A stretch of DNA of 64,000 nt from Octopus sinensis (lineage: Eukaryota): the NCBI RefSeq assembly GCF_006345805.1, contig NC_042998.1:124062001-124126000 (forward strand), given 5' to 3'. The translations under genes were made by a program, and so were the position numbers. Shown piece by piece: positions 26,388 to 39,625 of this stretch (position 1 is its first letter; every line of letters begins with the position of its first letter). The notes below the pieces were generated by a model. The model saw only the letters and a program-made list of their open reading frames with translations, was not told the origin of the DNA and did not search any database.

Positions 26388-26557
26388 CTTCCCGTATTTC
26401 CATTATCAAATATCTTGCAATGTCTTTTTCTCGAGGAAGGAATGCACTATTTTTGTACATTAAAAGCATCGTGTTTCCTTTAAGCATTTCAACAAAAACA
26501 ACGTAAACTTTAAACTCGTTATGGGGAATATCGCAAGTATTGAACAGAGACATGATT
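26388..26557 (-). CDS. Candidate 170-bp exon of an unidentified gene
   Basis: Acceptor TTCTTTTCGTATTTCCTTAG|; donor AAG|GTGAGT; only one frame is open (IMSLFNTCDIPHNEFKVYVVFVEMLKGNTMLLMYKNSAFLPREKDIARYLIMEIRE). No homology recognised. Confidence 0.35.
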
Positions 26558-27659
26558 CTAAGGAAATACGAAAAGAATCAGCAAGTATCTATCGGTATGC
26601 TAGGGCTTGTCGCACTAACATCAAATGAAAGAGAAAGAATACATCACTGGTATACCATCAACGGACACATGAAAATACCAACAGCTGCTATCAAAAAGTT
26701 AATTTCAATACCGGTTGCAGGAGCAAATTCATTATTCGTAATTTATGCTGTGCTTTTTTGTTTGTAAACACAACCTTCGCAATTCATATAAAATGTGTCT
26801 GTATTTGAGTGAATTAGTGCCTGCGTGTGTATTTAATGTTATACAAGAGAAATATTGACTACTTATTTTAATGAAGAGCGAAATATTGTTTACTTATAGG
26901 TATAACACAACTATTTATATAAAAACTACTCTTAGTTTCCTGTGAGAAGCAGACCATAAGCGCGTCTATCGAAAAATCTTTCATTCAATGGGTAGGGCTA
27001 AGTAACATGAATTATTTAAGTTTACTATTTTGATAGAGATGAAAATTTCTTGGAAAACACGAAACCTAGTGCATTTCGTCTTTGAAAGGCAATGAAAGGT
27101 CCTGATGGAGTAACTCTGTTATCTGTTTAGCTATATCTACGAACTGAAGACGTGATACGTGAAATCAGAAAGACTAAATCTGATGTTCTGGTTGTTACAA
27201 TCACAAATAAACTCTCCTTTGTTATTGAGTATTATCTGTACATACCTACTCTAAACTATATTTGCAGCAAGCCCTTATGGTGGAACATCATAAAAAGACA
27301 AACGTGAATAGTGAAACATAAATAGGTGTCCTTCGGATTTCTCCGCTAAAATTATTTGCTTACCTTTAGGGAAATACACTAAAAAGAATAAACATAGAAA
27401 ATATGGAGACAAGCTTCAGTTACGTGTAGTAATTTTTGTTAATGTAAAATCAGACACAGCTAAACGCAACAACATTGGATTCAAATAGCAAAAAACGTCC
27501 GCCAACATGCAGTGTATATACAATTTTTAGAACGGAAAAGAGAAACGAGAATAATTAGATGTGAGGGGTAAAATGTTACAAAAGTAAATATCACTCTGTA
27601 GAATTGAGTAGATATACGTTTGTTGTCTGTACTTGCACACTCAAATGCACATCAGTCTT

Positions 27660-27786
27660 CATACATACATACATACATACATACATACAAACATACATAC
27701 ATACATACAAAATGACAACTACACACGCACACGCACACACACATCTATCTATCTATCTATATATATATATATATATATATGTGTGT

Positions 27787-27817
<31 letters not shown>

Positions 27818-27819
27818 CA

Positions 27820-27852
<33 letters not shown>

Positions 27853-28089
27853 GCATATGTTCATAGATAGATAGACAGATAGATAGATAATTCATATATC
27901 TGTATACACACGCATAATTGAATAACAATGTACCTGATTCGAATCCCAAAAGTAATTGGTATATTATTTTCAACACAAAAGAAAATATTGCGACTACTTG
28001 GGCTACATAAGCTTTGCATAGCAGTTCCAAACTTCTCCCAACGGGTTTACGATCTCTATAGTTACAGCTTTCATTATTAGATTTTTAGA

Positions 28090-28129
<40 letters not shown>

Positions 28130-28190
28130 CATTATTATTATTATTATTATTGTTATTATTATTATCCTCATCATCATCATCATCATCGTT
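27660..28190. repeat. (ATAC)n/(TA)n/(GATA)n tract (27660-27890) and (ATT)n/(ATC)n tract (28090-28190)
   Basis: Direct sequence. Confidence 0.9.
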
Positions 28191-29181
28191 AGTATGACTC
28201 TTATTAGTGTAGATTTCAAAAATTTTGTGAAGAGATTAAGAATTGCAAGGAAAAAGTTACAGCAACATCACAGAAGACTACACAAAGGAAAGCACATTAA
28301 TAAAGACAAAAATAACATTTGGTCTAAGAATAAGAACAAAGATTGTCGAGGAATAGTTACTAGATATCTACGCATGAAACTCACGAAAAATCAAAATACA
28401 TCTCCCAATACAGATGGGAGAAATTTCTCATAGGATTGCAAGAAATGCAACAAGAGTTCGGCATATATTCGTATAAACTTACATTCACACACACACGGAT
28501 GTATATAGCTATTGTCGTAGTTGTTCGTATTACTGTTCTTTTTTTTTTTTACAATTATTGTTATTGTATATTGTTGTTTTATCTTTGATATCATTTTTAA
28601 TAATCCTAAGTTGTTATTCTTTCTACAGTTATGGCTAGCAGATTAATATTCTAAAACATTATACCTATAAACGTTTGCTGTTGTTTAACATTTCCTTACT
28701 TTGGTGATTTACCTTTCAATTTTACTAAGTTATAAAACAATATATTTAGTTAAGACGCAAATAAAGCGGAAGATAATATTTTCCAAATTTTACTTCTAAT
28801 CTATTTGCATGTTGCGTCTTCATTACTTCAATTTTTCGTTTGATCAATGAAAGTAATCGCTTCGAATAGGATTCCAAATCTACTGGTAATAGGTAATATA
28901 TTATTTATAAACATTGCATTGAAGAGCTACTACATCCGTTAACTTACCAGACTGTATTTACTGTAATGAAAGAAAACATTCTAAACAATATTCATAAACA
29001 TACATGCATCTCTCTTTTAATCTCTCTCTCTCTCTCACACACACACAAACACATACTATATATATATATATATATATATATCCGTAATAATGAAGGGTGA
29101 AATTAATTAATTTGGAATAATTATCAATTACACCAAGTAGTCTTCGGCATGTAAAAGCCTCATTCGAGGAAAATTTAAGTA

Positions 29182-29273
29182 ATACTAAGCAATAAAGGGT
29201 TTAGCAACGAATTGCCTTACCACATTGGTATGTGGTAAGGCAATTCGTTGCTAAACCCTTTATTGCTTAGTAT
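29182..29273. repeat. Perfect 44-bp-arm palindrome with a 4-nt loop (hairpin MITE-like, TA-flanked)
   Basis: ATACTAAGCAATAAAGGGTTTAGCAACGAATTGCCTTACCACAT-TGGT-exact reverse complement. Confidence 0.95.
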
Positions 29274-30006
29274 ATATATATATATATATATGTGACCTGA
29301 CGTCAAACTATGTGTATTATATTCATGATACCTCTTCCCATGAATAAAACTCCAAAAGCAGTGCCTTAATTTATTAACTATACCTGTAGAGATCTTCACA
29401 ACCTATAATTACAAATGTCTACAGATAGTTTATGGTGAGATCCAAATGCTATGCATCACTTCTATAAGCTGCTGGTATATTGCATCAATTTCAGTTTGTG
29501 AATAAGCGCGAAATACACAATAAAATATTCCTTATATCACATATTAGCATAATAACGTCATTACCTTCTTCATTATTCAGCGCATTTCAAACTTGTCGTC
29601 TTTAAATATAAACAAATATACTGAAGTTTAGATTGTTCGTTTTCACCTTATGCTATGTTTCAAATTGAATTTTGTAATGATTTGTACTGACAGTAACAAA
29701 TCAATGTATACTACAAAATGTAATTCGATTTTTAACTTGAGACATCCTTAACCTGCTCGAATAAGCATGTTTGAATACCACTATACTCGTGTTAGACAAT
29801 GCACTGTCTGCAGTCAAATAAATATCAAATAGAACTTTAACATTAAAACATTTCAATAATCTAATCGGCATGAAAGCAAAAGGTCGAAATACATGATCGA
29901 AAAGTATGAGGTTTAACAATATTAATAGCATTCTGTGTTATACACAATATAATAGTACAATGCATGTCATAATCCATATACATATAGATAGCTATTTACA
30001 TACTCA

Positions 30007-30760
30007 GACAAGTTTCGGCCAGAAAAACTGTTCACAGCCCGTCTACCCTATGTGAAAGGCCTCTCCGAAAAGATATGCGGCCCATATGACATCAGGTCAG
30101 TATTCAAGAGTAATAGAACACTTCGCGAATATCTCCTTAGAGTAAAACCACCATTACAAGCGAATATGACCAAAGACTGCGCGTACTCTATCTCACGCAA
30201 CTGTAGAAGGTTATACAAAGGCGAAACATGCCGCCCGCTCAAAATAAGGATAGACGAACATCGCAAAGCTGTGACACGAGGAGATATTGATACATCGGAT
30301 ATAGCTGATCATGTATAAAAAATGGAGACCACCTCCCACTGTGTGATGAACTTAAAATAATAGACAGGGAACACCACTGGAAAATATGAAAACTAAAAGA
30401 AGCAGCACATATGCTAGGACACAACAACCTCCTAAGCAGACCGAATGCAGATATGAGCAGCATATGGGAGCCCGTGTTCAGGAAGGATAGAAAAATATTA
30501 GATTTATAAGCCCTAAAATTCACTCCATAATTGCCCATCGGATTATGGCGTAGTGGTTATGAGCGATTCCAAGCAGTGACCTGAACAATAATAATAATAA
30601 TAACATCGAAACATACCTTAGAACACAAGTTCGAAATTTCCCCATGACACCTGAAGAAGGCTGGAGGGTATATCAGCCGAAACGTTGTGTTAACAACAAA
30701 GAAGATGAGTACAAATATCCATCCAATGTAAATAATTAATTAATTAATGTGAATAATGTA
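30007..30760 (+). mobile_element. Penelope-like element 3' fragment (GIY-YIG endonuclease + terminal repeat)
   Basis: LPYVKGLSEKI...DCAYSISRNCRRLYKGETCRPLKIRIDEHRKA...IADHV*...KIIDREHHWKI*KLKEA; ends in AATGTAAATAAT-type repeats. Confidence 0.88.
30645..30692 (+). ncRNA. Minimal type-I hammerhead ribozyme (Penelope-associated, dimer-type)
   Basis: TGACAC | CTGAAGA (A) | GGCTG-loop-CAGCC | GAAA CG TT | GTGTTA. Stem I is 6 bp with one G-U, stem II is 5 bp, and stem III is palindromic (AACGTT). One extra A sits before stem II. Confidence 0.6.
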
Positions 30761-31974
30761 CCGTTCAGAAATTGTTTGAAGATTTGAGGTCATTTTTCCT
30801 TATGTGACTTGGCATAATGTTGAGTGCATGGACAGAAACAATTCTGTGATGCGAGAACGATATTGGATGTTATGGAGACCTAGCGTTGAATGAATTTCAA
30901 AATCAATGTCAGCATCATTTGGGCTATGTTTTTAAGAGGAAAATCAATCAGTAAAAATGAAAAAAAAATAAATAACAAAACGAAAGTATTCAATTATGAA
31001 AATGTTTCGTCATTAATTCTATAATTTAATTTCCATAATCCACATTTAGAAATAATGAATTATTAAGGTTAGTAAAAATGAATATTTTAATTTCAAATTT
31101 TTTAAGGATCTTAAACATTTTTCAAACATAATTACATTTCACTATAATTACTTCCGAATGACTTCTTTGATATTTTTAAACAGTGAGTAGCAGTCGACAT
31201 TGATGCGCAGATAAATGGAAACGTTTATTTACAATGAGGAGAGAAAAGTGTGTCGTTTACTTGGTCATTTCTTTTAATGTGAGATTAAGAAGAAAAGGAG
31301 AAAATCTCACTTCAAAAGCTGCATTTCGTGGGGATAGAAATGACGAAGCAAAAGTAAGAGTGTGTTCTCATATTAGGCAACAGGGGTCAAACAGGTAAAG
31401 GATAAATAAATAAGGTTAACTAGATAAGAAGACGGGTAACATATCTCTGGCACCCATTTTGCTATCTTAGTTTTTTTTCATAGATTTTAAAATTAACTAT
31501 CAGTAAAGAACAAGGTGAGGCAACATTTATTCAGAACTTAAGTTAGATATAACATCACATTAGACTGTTCACCAGTTACGTTCCAGTAATATATGGAACA
31601 TCGTGTAAAGAAAAATATGTTGACGTGGATATTTGCTATTCTGTGTGTAACAATTTGTTAATCACTGTAAACACGCTGTAATATTGCGAATTACACACAC
31701 ATTTCACATGTGTATGTCTCAAGACATTTAAAAGCTTTTTATGAGAATAGTCTATCAGAGTAATATAAATAATCGAAGATAACAATTGTATTATTCTTGT
31801 TTATAACATTGTATCTAACCGGGCAAATTTATGATCAAAGGCGTTCTGTTCGCGACCATCTACCATTTTTTCATGTAGTCTATCTACGACCGCATTATGT
31901 AATGGACCCTAGTAATATTAATGTTATTAGGCTTGAATAATAAAGACTTTACTTCACTTTGTGGTATACGAAGC

Positions 31975-32999
31975 GTTTGCCCAGAGACATTTGAAAGAGA
32001 CCGAAAGAGGTGGGAATCCGTTGGTGCCAAATCAGGAGAGTACGGTGTGTGTGGCAGCACTTCCCAGCCATGCGTTTGAATGGCTTCCTTGATCATATTG
32101 GCGATATGAGGGCGGGCGTTGTCGTGCAGCAGAAGAACTCCATGCTGCCGATTGGGTCTTTTCTTTTGAATAATCGTGTTGAGTCGTTCTATCTGTTGAA
32201 CATAGAGTTCCTCGTTGACCGTTTGGTTCCGTTCAAGCAATTCGTAATAGATAATCTCTTGCCAGTTCCACTATATGCACAACATCGTTTTACGCGGATG
32301 AAGATCTTCTTTAACGCGCGGTGTTGCGTGTTTAGCGGAGCAAAGCCATTCTTTACGCTGCTTCATATTGATGTACAGGCACCATTTTTTGTCGTCAGTA
32401 ATGATTCGGATAAGAAGTCTTTGCTTGTGTCCATGAGTTGAGCGGTGACGAGCATGCAACCGTCGCAGATTGTGGCTCGTTGATTTTTGTTGTTGTCACT
32501 TAAAGCATGCGGAACCCATGGTCCATACTTCTGAACCTATTCCATCGAGTGAAGATGCTTCTCTATAGGAGTGTGGGAGCATTCCATTTTCTCTGCCGGT
32601 TCTCTTGTCGTTTGACGGGAATTTTCGTGCAAAAGTTGGTCTAATCGCTCTTCATCGAACTCAACTGGACGAGCAGAACGAGGTGCATCTTTGAGGTCAA
32701 AATTTTTCCAGTTTTGAACTTGGCATACCAATCATGAGCGGTTCTTTCAGCTATGGCACCCTCTCCATACACAGTACAAATGTTGCGAGCAGCTTTTGCG
32801 GCCTTGATTAATAGCAAAAAGAAGGAGGTGTCGAAAATGCTCGTTTTTCTTAACTTAACATTCCATTTTAATGATCTGAAAATAAACAGTAATTAACTAA
32901 AATTAAGTAGAACAAAAACAAAAATAGATTCCAAAATTTAAAAACACAATAAATTCCAAAATTTTTTTAAAAACGGCGGGAAATTGTTTGCCAACCTAA
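31975..32999 (-). mobile_element. Decayed mariner transposon, 3'-truncated
   Basis: TIR TTAGGTTGGCAAACAATTTCCCGCCG at the right end with TA; motifs WVPHAL, IITDDKKWCLY, LLHDNARPH and PYSPDLAPTDSHLFRSL; frameshifts; no left TIR found. Confidence 0.9.
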
Positions 33000-35184
33000 T
33001 ATATGTCTTCCAAAATCAACGTGGTAACATCAGTCAGTAGTGCTTCGCTTTGCATATACTGAAGAGAAGTCTTCTGTCATTTACCCAGAGTTTAAATATT
33101 GATACTAACCTACGGAGTGGACTATATAAGTAGTAAAAAGTACCTGTAAGAAGGTATTAAATGTAGCATATCAGGGAAACAGTTTCGGAACTACATATGT
33201 GACGACTACTATATTATCTGACAATGATCAGCTAGATGAAAATGTTGTTACAATGTATTCCATTATATGTGTCTTGGAGGTGATAGAATAATTATTTACG
33301 AAATTATTAAACAATTCAAATCGTTGGCTTCATTCTGTATGTCCAGTAATACTATTTATCAATAGTGTGATACATACATGATGTACGTGGATTATATATC
33401 AATATACAGAAATTATAAACATATAGAATATAAGAGGATACTTGTGCACGGGTACATATATGTATGCATATATGTGTGGATGTATCATATATCCATACAT
33501 CATGTATGCAGATATATTTTTTAATACATGTATAAAGCAGTAGGTTCGAGGGCTCCTACTGTTTACGTTTTATTGCATTTCTGGGGGAAAACATTTCGAT
33601 TATATTAAGTTTTGTTCTCATTTGAAATAGTAAAATGTTGTAGAGATATACAAATTCATATAGTCATCGTGTTTTACATAAATATGATGTCATTGCACAT
33701 TATCTTCAATTTACTGGATATATTTTCTTAAAGTTGCCATAGACTATTTTACAATACGATTTCGAGAAGTATACGTAGAGAATTCAAGCACATATTTAAA
33801 TCACATTCTTGAATGTATAAATATACAGACGTTTCTCATTTTCTCTAATACTTAGCGTGACATAATTTTCGTGCTTATCTTAATTTTTCAGTTATCTTGA
33901 AACCTTATATGAAACAAACTAACATGTTAATTGGGTAAATGTCCTGGACAATACACATATTATGTTCCTTCAAATTATTCAATAATACATCTACGAAATT
34001 ACATAAGGCAGATATGACTGTTTCAATGAATGCCAAAAGGAAAAAAAACACACCTGCTACCTTTATCGACACTGAAACAATTTCATACGCAGCAATGAGC
34101 GTCCAGAAATAGACATGCGCTTATTTAAGAAAATAAACAATATCACGTAAAACTGTAGCATTGTGTTATTATCAAATAGCGGGATTGGACTTCTTAAAGA
34201 GTTAAACACAAGTATATGAATTTTATTAAACAAACTGAAAAAAGTATACTGATTCGATATGCTAAACTTCAAGAAGCATAATTATGGAATAACGAATGAT
34301 TACAGGTGACTATTGCAATTCCGCGTTTGCACATACCTAAAACGTAATGAAAATTATTCGTTCTTCACCGTAACTCTTTGAATGAAGGAGGCAGACTACA
34401 TTGCTTTGAACGACAATATAATTATTTAAGAACACAGTTAAAACAGGATATTTGTTTTTTTCATTCGCTAGAACAGAGTTACAAGAATTATAAATACAAT
34501 CAAAGTTTATCAGCTTTGTTGATTTATCTGAGATATTTACGGCAAGATTTCATAAGAATAAACAATTGATAGTTGAACGTTAACTACATTTAGTACAAGA
34601 GGAAATATTTTTTTTTTAATATTAAACAAGAAAATGCGAAAACTAAAACAAATTAAAATAGCGTACGAAGCCAGTTTTCTATGATGGATAGGAAAATAGA
34701 ACAAGATGAAACCACTGAATGAGAAATACTAAAGGAGAAATTATCATTGCTATTCCAATCATTTATAAAAATAGTAATTTCTATGTTTTGTTTTCAATCA
34801 CATCAGACACAAAAGAAGCCATTATTAAATGATTTATCTAACCAATACAAAACAATCCATTTTTTGTCTGAAATTATAAATTTGATAAAACAAAAAACTA
34901 TCTAAATTTCGCAAGAAGGAAAAAGTTAAAGTTTTACATAGTTTACAGAAGTTGAATAAGCGAGACAAACCAGTAAAATTAACACTTTTGAACTTCTCTT
35001 AATATTTTATATCAAGATATATGTCAAGAAATGAAGAAAATGTTGCAAATAACTTGATTAATTTAATTATTTCCATTATTTCGATTATTCTATCAAATCG
35101 AATCAATTCTAACTAATTTCCTCACAAATAAATTCCAAGAAGGCTACTACCATAATGATTAATATTTCTAATATTTTAAGGTCG

Positions 35185-36200
35185 GCCAACATAGTGAGCT
35201 GGCAGAATCGTTACCACATTTCTGCGACTTATTCCTACGACCTTACCTTCTGAGTTCAAATACCGACTGCGTCGACTTCGATTTTCGGATCTTTTCGGTT
35301 TGAACGGCAGTTTTTTCTAGCGGTGTCATATGAAATATCTTAGAAACTATAGAATTTTCTCAATAAAGCCAAGAGAAAAAGATGTTTTATAAACACATTC
35401 TACCAGTATACGAAGTTTAAAAGTGTTTAGTTATGTGGAAATTATTTTAAAAAACTGCCGGTCAAACCGAAAATATCCCGATTTTCATCCTCTCTAGGTT
35501 TATAAAATATGTATCAGTTGAATAGCGAGGTCACTGTAATCAACTTACCCTATCCCCCTAAATATACTGTTCTTGTGCCAAAGTTTGAGACTACTGTCAT
35601 TAATATTTCGCCAGGCAGTAGAATTGTCAGCACATCAGAAAAACGGTTCTGCTTAATTTCTCCAGCTCAATACATTTTGAGCTCAAATCCTACTAACGTG
35701 AACTCTTCCTTTCATGCGTATGGAGGTTGATAACATTAATAATAAACAAGTACTTGTGTCGATCTAATCGACTTGTTGCTCTAAAAATGTTTAACCTTTC
35801 ACCACAACGAGAAGTGAAAATAGTACTAGTATTGTTATTAGTATCATGGAAAGACGTTAGAATCTTTTTGCGCGTTGGGCAAACTATTTAACGATATTTC
35901 TTTCAGTTCTTTACGATTTGAGTTCATATCCTGCTGAGGTCAACTTCACTTTTCATCTTTCCAGGTTCGATAAATAAAAATACCAGTCAAAAATTAGTGC
36001 CGACCATAGCGAATGCAAGTCTCTTCCCAAAATTTCTGACTTATATCAAAAATCAGAATTCATTGTTAACAGTAGCTGGGCAGTGGGCAGAGTGGATAGA
36101 TCGAAAGTTGAATATGATGACTTTGTATCAGCTCTTTACTGTTTGATTTTTTTATTTGCTGAAGTCCACTTTGTTATTCATCACAGCACAGGCCGGGGCG
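35185..36200 (+). mobile_element. Cluster of diverged type-B SINE copies (first interrupted by a MITE)
   Basis: Heads/cores at ~35190, 35605, 35845 and 36070 resemble the 21-kb array unit. Confidence 0.65.
35287..35478. mobile_element. Merlin-like MITE, 192 bp, 29-bp TIRs, 8-bp TSD
   Basis: GGATCTTTTCGGTTTGAACGGCAGTTTTT / AAAAACTGCCGGTCAAACCGAAAATATCC (27/29); TSD CGATTTTC at 35279-86 and 35479-86. Confidence 0.8.
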
Positions 36201-37277
36201 GAGGAGATGAAATATATTTAACTAAACTGCCATAACAGAATTTATAATGCGTTTGCCGAAAACATGCCACGCTTCGCGAATGTTTGAATATTAGAACTTT
36301 CTCCATTAAGAAACGCTAATCATATTTGAATTATATTGCAAACAGTGGAAGCTGAATGCTATGCACTTGTACACGAATTAGAGATCTGTTTTAATACCTA
36401 CATAGATTTTAATGGATCTTTATTGCATGCAGTATTATTGTACACGGCACCTTGTAGTAAAGCAGCGCGGAGAGCTAGTAACAGCATTGAATGTGCCCGT
36501 TAAAACAAAACGGTCATATAAAAGAATAGGAGAACAAGAAAAATGTCGCACATCTGAAAACTCAAATTTGGACATCATGTATAGAAGTAGCTGTGACATC
36601 TCGCATTCGCACGCGCGCACACACATACACACGCTCGAGCGCACACATACGCATACACACACACATACACACACTTGTCAAAAGAATAGAGAATGACTGA
36701 AGAGGTCGGATTATGATGCAAGGTAGCATTTCCATCTTTCCCTCTTCCACTGGAGATAACTCAGATACTTTTAGTTTCGACATGGTTTATTTAACGGATA
36801 GAATCTGCTTTACTGGAGAGTGTACCAACGAAAATTGCATGAATATTATGGAGCTTTTCTTAAAACAAGAATAACTTATCTCTAAATCATCAAGTATACC
36901 GAAGGTTTTCTCAATCCAACGAAATTGTAACTGCGGGTAGACCTGGTGAATACGGAAGGGTGCTTTCCAGTACTGGGTAAAGAAGCAAAGATGGTACTTG
37001 GTGTGTTGTTATAAAGCTAAAAATGGAGCGAGAAGATAAGCCGAGTTTGTTTCTCTCCTATTACCGAAAAACAAATTCCACAGTGTTCAGACGAAAGAAC
37101 ACGAAAATAAGCGTAAATGTATGAAAGCTGGTGAGTGGAATCACTGAATAAACCTACACTAATGATGCTTCAAGCTGTCACTGAAAAAAATGAGAGATGT
37201 AAACTACTAGTACTAGATTTTTTAAGTCTTTATATTTGTTATACAGTATTTGTGCTATTTTTCATTCATTCTTTCAT

Positions 37278-37336
<59 letters not shown>

Positions 37337-37475
37337 CATTATTATTATCATTATCATTATTATTATTATTATCATTATTATCATTATTATTATTATTATT
37401 ATCATTATTATTATTATTATTATCATTATTATTATTATCATTATTATTATCATTATCATTATTATTATTATTATT

Positions 37476-38030
37476 GAGTGAGAGAGCAGTTCATGCCATC
37501 AAAGTGACACTGGGGTAAAATATACAAAGCCCAATATACCCATCATGACTACCCGTCTGATAAGGGTACACCAGGCACATGCATCACAACCATATGTGCG
37601 CGACATGGTGATCTCATATCAAGATAAACAGCACATGATCTTGCAGGTGGGGCCCAGTTAGAATTTTCTTCAGGTTGAGTAGCCCATCCCGCTCAAACAG
37701 TCCCTGAATAAGGGTTATTTAAGGATGTTGAAAATACCACCCATGTTTCCAGAGGTGAAATATTCAAACCCCAAAGAATCCCTCTCAACACATGGCTATG
37801 ATGCTCCCCCACTACTTCTGCTCGTGATCAGAGATGCACATATCGTCAGCCACTAAGGGACATGCTCAACTGGTTAAGGTCAAACAACTGACAAGCAAAT
37901 CTGTGGTATTGAGCAGAATATTTGCTGTAGCCCATCTTTTATACCGAGACAAAACAAAGTACATGATAACACTTCCAATCAGTTAAGATCAGAAGCCATG
38001 AGAGCCACTGCCTGGTACTGCATCAGGGCA
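37476..38030. mobile_element. ~555-bp non-coding (ATT)n-flanked repeat, copy 1
   Basis: Same length as 38345-38899 and identical by eye; a diverged partial copy is at 40003-40480. Confidence 0.8.
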
Positions 38031-38273
38031 TTTATTATTATTATTATTATTATTATTATCATTATTATTATTATTATTATCATTATTATTATTATTATTA
38101 TCATTATTATTATTATTATTATCATTATTATTATTATCATTATTATTATTATTATTATTATCATTATTATTATCATTATCATTATTATTATTATATTATT
38201 ATTATCATTATTATTATTATTATTATCATTATTATTATTATCATATTATTATCATTATATTATTATTATATTA

Positions 38274-38307
<34 letters not shown>

Positions 38308-38344
38308 CATTATTATTATCATTATCATTATTATTATTATTATT

Positions 38345-38899
38345 GAGTGAGAGAGCAGTTCATGCCATCAAAGTGACACTGGGGTAAAATATACAAAGCC
38401 CAATATACCCATCATGACTACCCGTCTGATAAGGGTACACCAGGCACATGCATCACAACCATATGTGCGCGACATGGTGATCTCATATCAAGATAAACAG
38501 CACATGATCTTGCAGGTGGGGCCCAGTTAGAATTTTCTTCAGGTTGAGTAGCCCATCCCGCTCAAACAGTCCCTGAATAAGGGTTATTTAAGGATGTTGA
38601 AAATACCACCCATGTTTCCAGAGGTGAAATATTCAAACCCCAAAGAATCCCTCTCAACACATGGCTATGATGCTCCCCCACTACTTCTGCTCGTGATCAG
38701 AGATGCACATATCGTCAGCCACTAAGGGACATGCTCAACTGGTTAAGGTCAAACAACTGACAAGCAAATCTGTGGTATTGAGCAGAATATTTGCTGTAGC
38801 CCATCTTTTATACCGAGACAAAACAAAGTACATGATAACACTTCCAATCAGTTAAGATCAGAAGCCATGAGAGCCACTGCCTGGTACTGCATCAGGGCA
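38345..38899. mobile_element. ~555-bp non-coding (ATT)n-flanked repeat, copy 2 (tandem duplicate, offset 869 bp)
   Basis: Direct comparison with copy 1. Confidence 0.8.
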
Positions 38900-39036
38900 T
38901 TTATTATTATTATTATTATTATTATTATCATTATTATTATTATTATTATCATTATTATTATTATTATTATCATTATTATTATTATTATTATCATTATTAT
39001 ATTATTATTATTATTATTATTATTATTATCATTATT

Positions 39037-39071
<35 letters not shown>

Positions 39072-39155
39072 TATCATTATTATTATTATTATTATCATTA
39101 TTATTATTATCATTATTATCATTATTATTATTATTATTAGTAGTAGTAGTAGTAG

Positions 39156-39190
<35 letters not shown>

Positions 39191-39586
39191 TATGTTTGAC
39201 TTTTGCGTTATATTTGTACAAGTTGGCTCCAAGTCTCACCCAGAGACCTCAAGAGACAACAGGTTGGAAGTTCACGTTGTTGTTATGCCTGGTGTGCCAT
39301 ATATTTGGGGGAGGGGGGTGTTGTACTAGTGAATGTCTAATAAATAATTAAAAATAAAGTTTGTTTTAAACCTTGGGATTTCATAGAGAGTATTTTGCGT
39401 AGGATATGAGCAGTTCCCATGAGCACTATCTTTTGAATTTCTGCCATTTTGGGGTTTCCTGGTATCTGAGTTAGGTAGCAATCAGCCCCTTTCGCTATCA
39501 TTCCCAGGGCACCTATGACAACAGGTATTGTTTTAGTCTTCAGGTTCCACATTTTGCTGATTTCTATTTCAAGATCTTTATATTTG

Positions 39587-39591
<5 letters not shown>
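39191..39591 (-). mobile_element. R4/Dong-clade non-LTR retrotransposon 3' end (RLE C-terminus + 3' UTR) inside (TAA)n
   Basis: SKYKDLEIEISKMWNLKTKTIPVVIGALG...EIQKIVLMGTAHILRKILS; both ends abut (TAA)n on the element strand. Confidence 0.8.

Positions 39592-39624
<33 letters not shown>

Positions 39625-39625
<1 letters not shown>

Larger units (their letters stand above)
37277..39190. repeat. Long (CTT)n/(ATT/ATC)n tracts (37277-37475, 38031-38344, 38900-39190)
   Basis: Direct sequence; source of the poly-I/L/Y ORFs. Confidence 0.95.

Noticed and set aside
26660-26690. SLVYHQRTH on the plus strand (26640s-26670s), reminiscent of a C2H2 finger end
   Set aside because: No preceding CxxC, no TGEKP linker, and an in-frame stop upstream.
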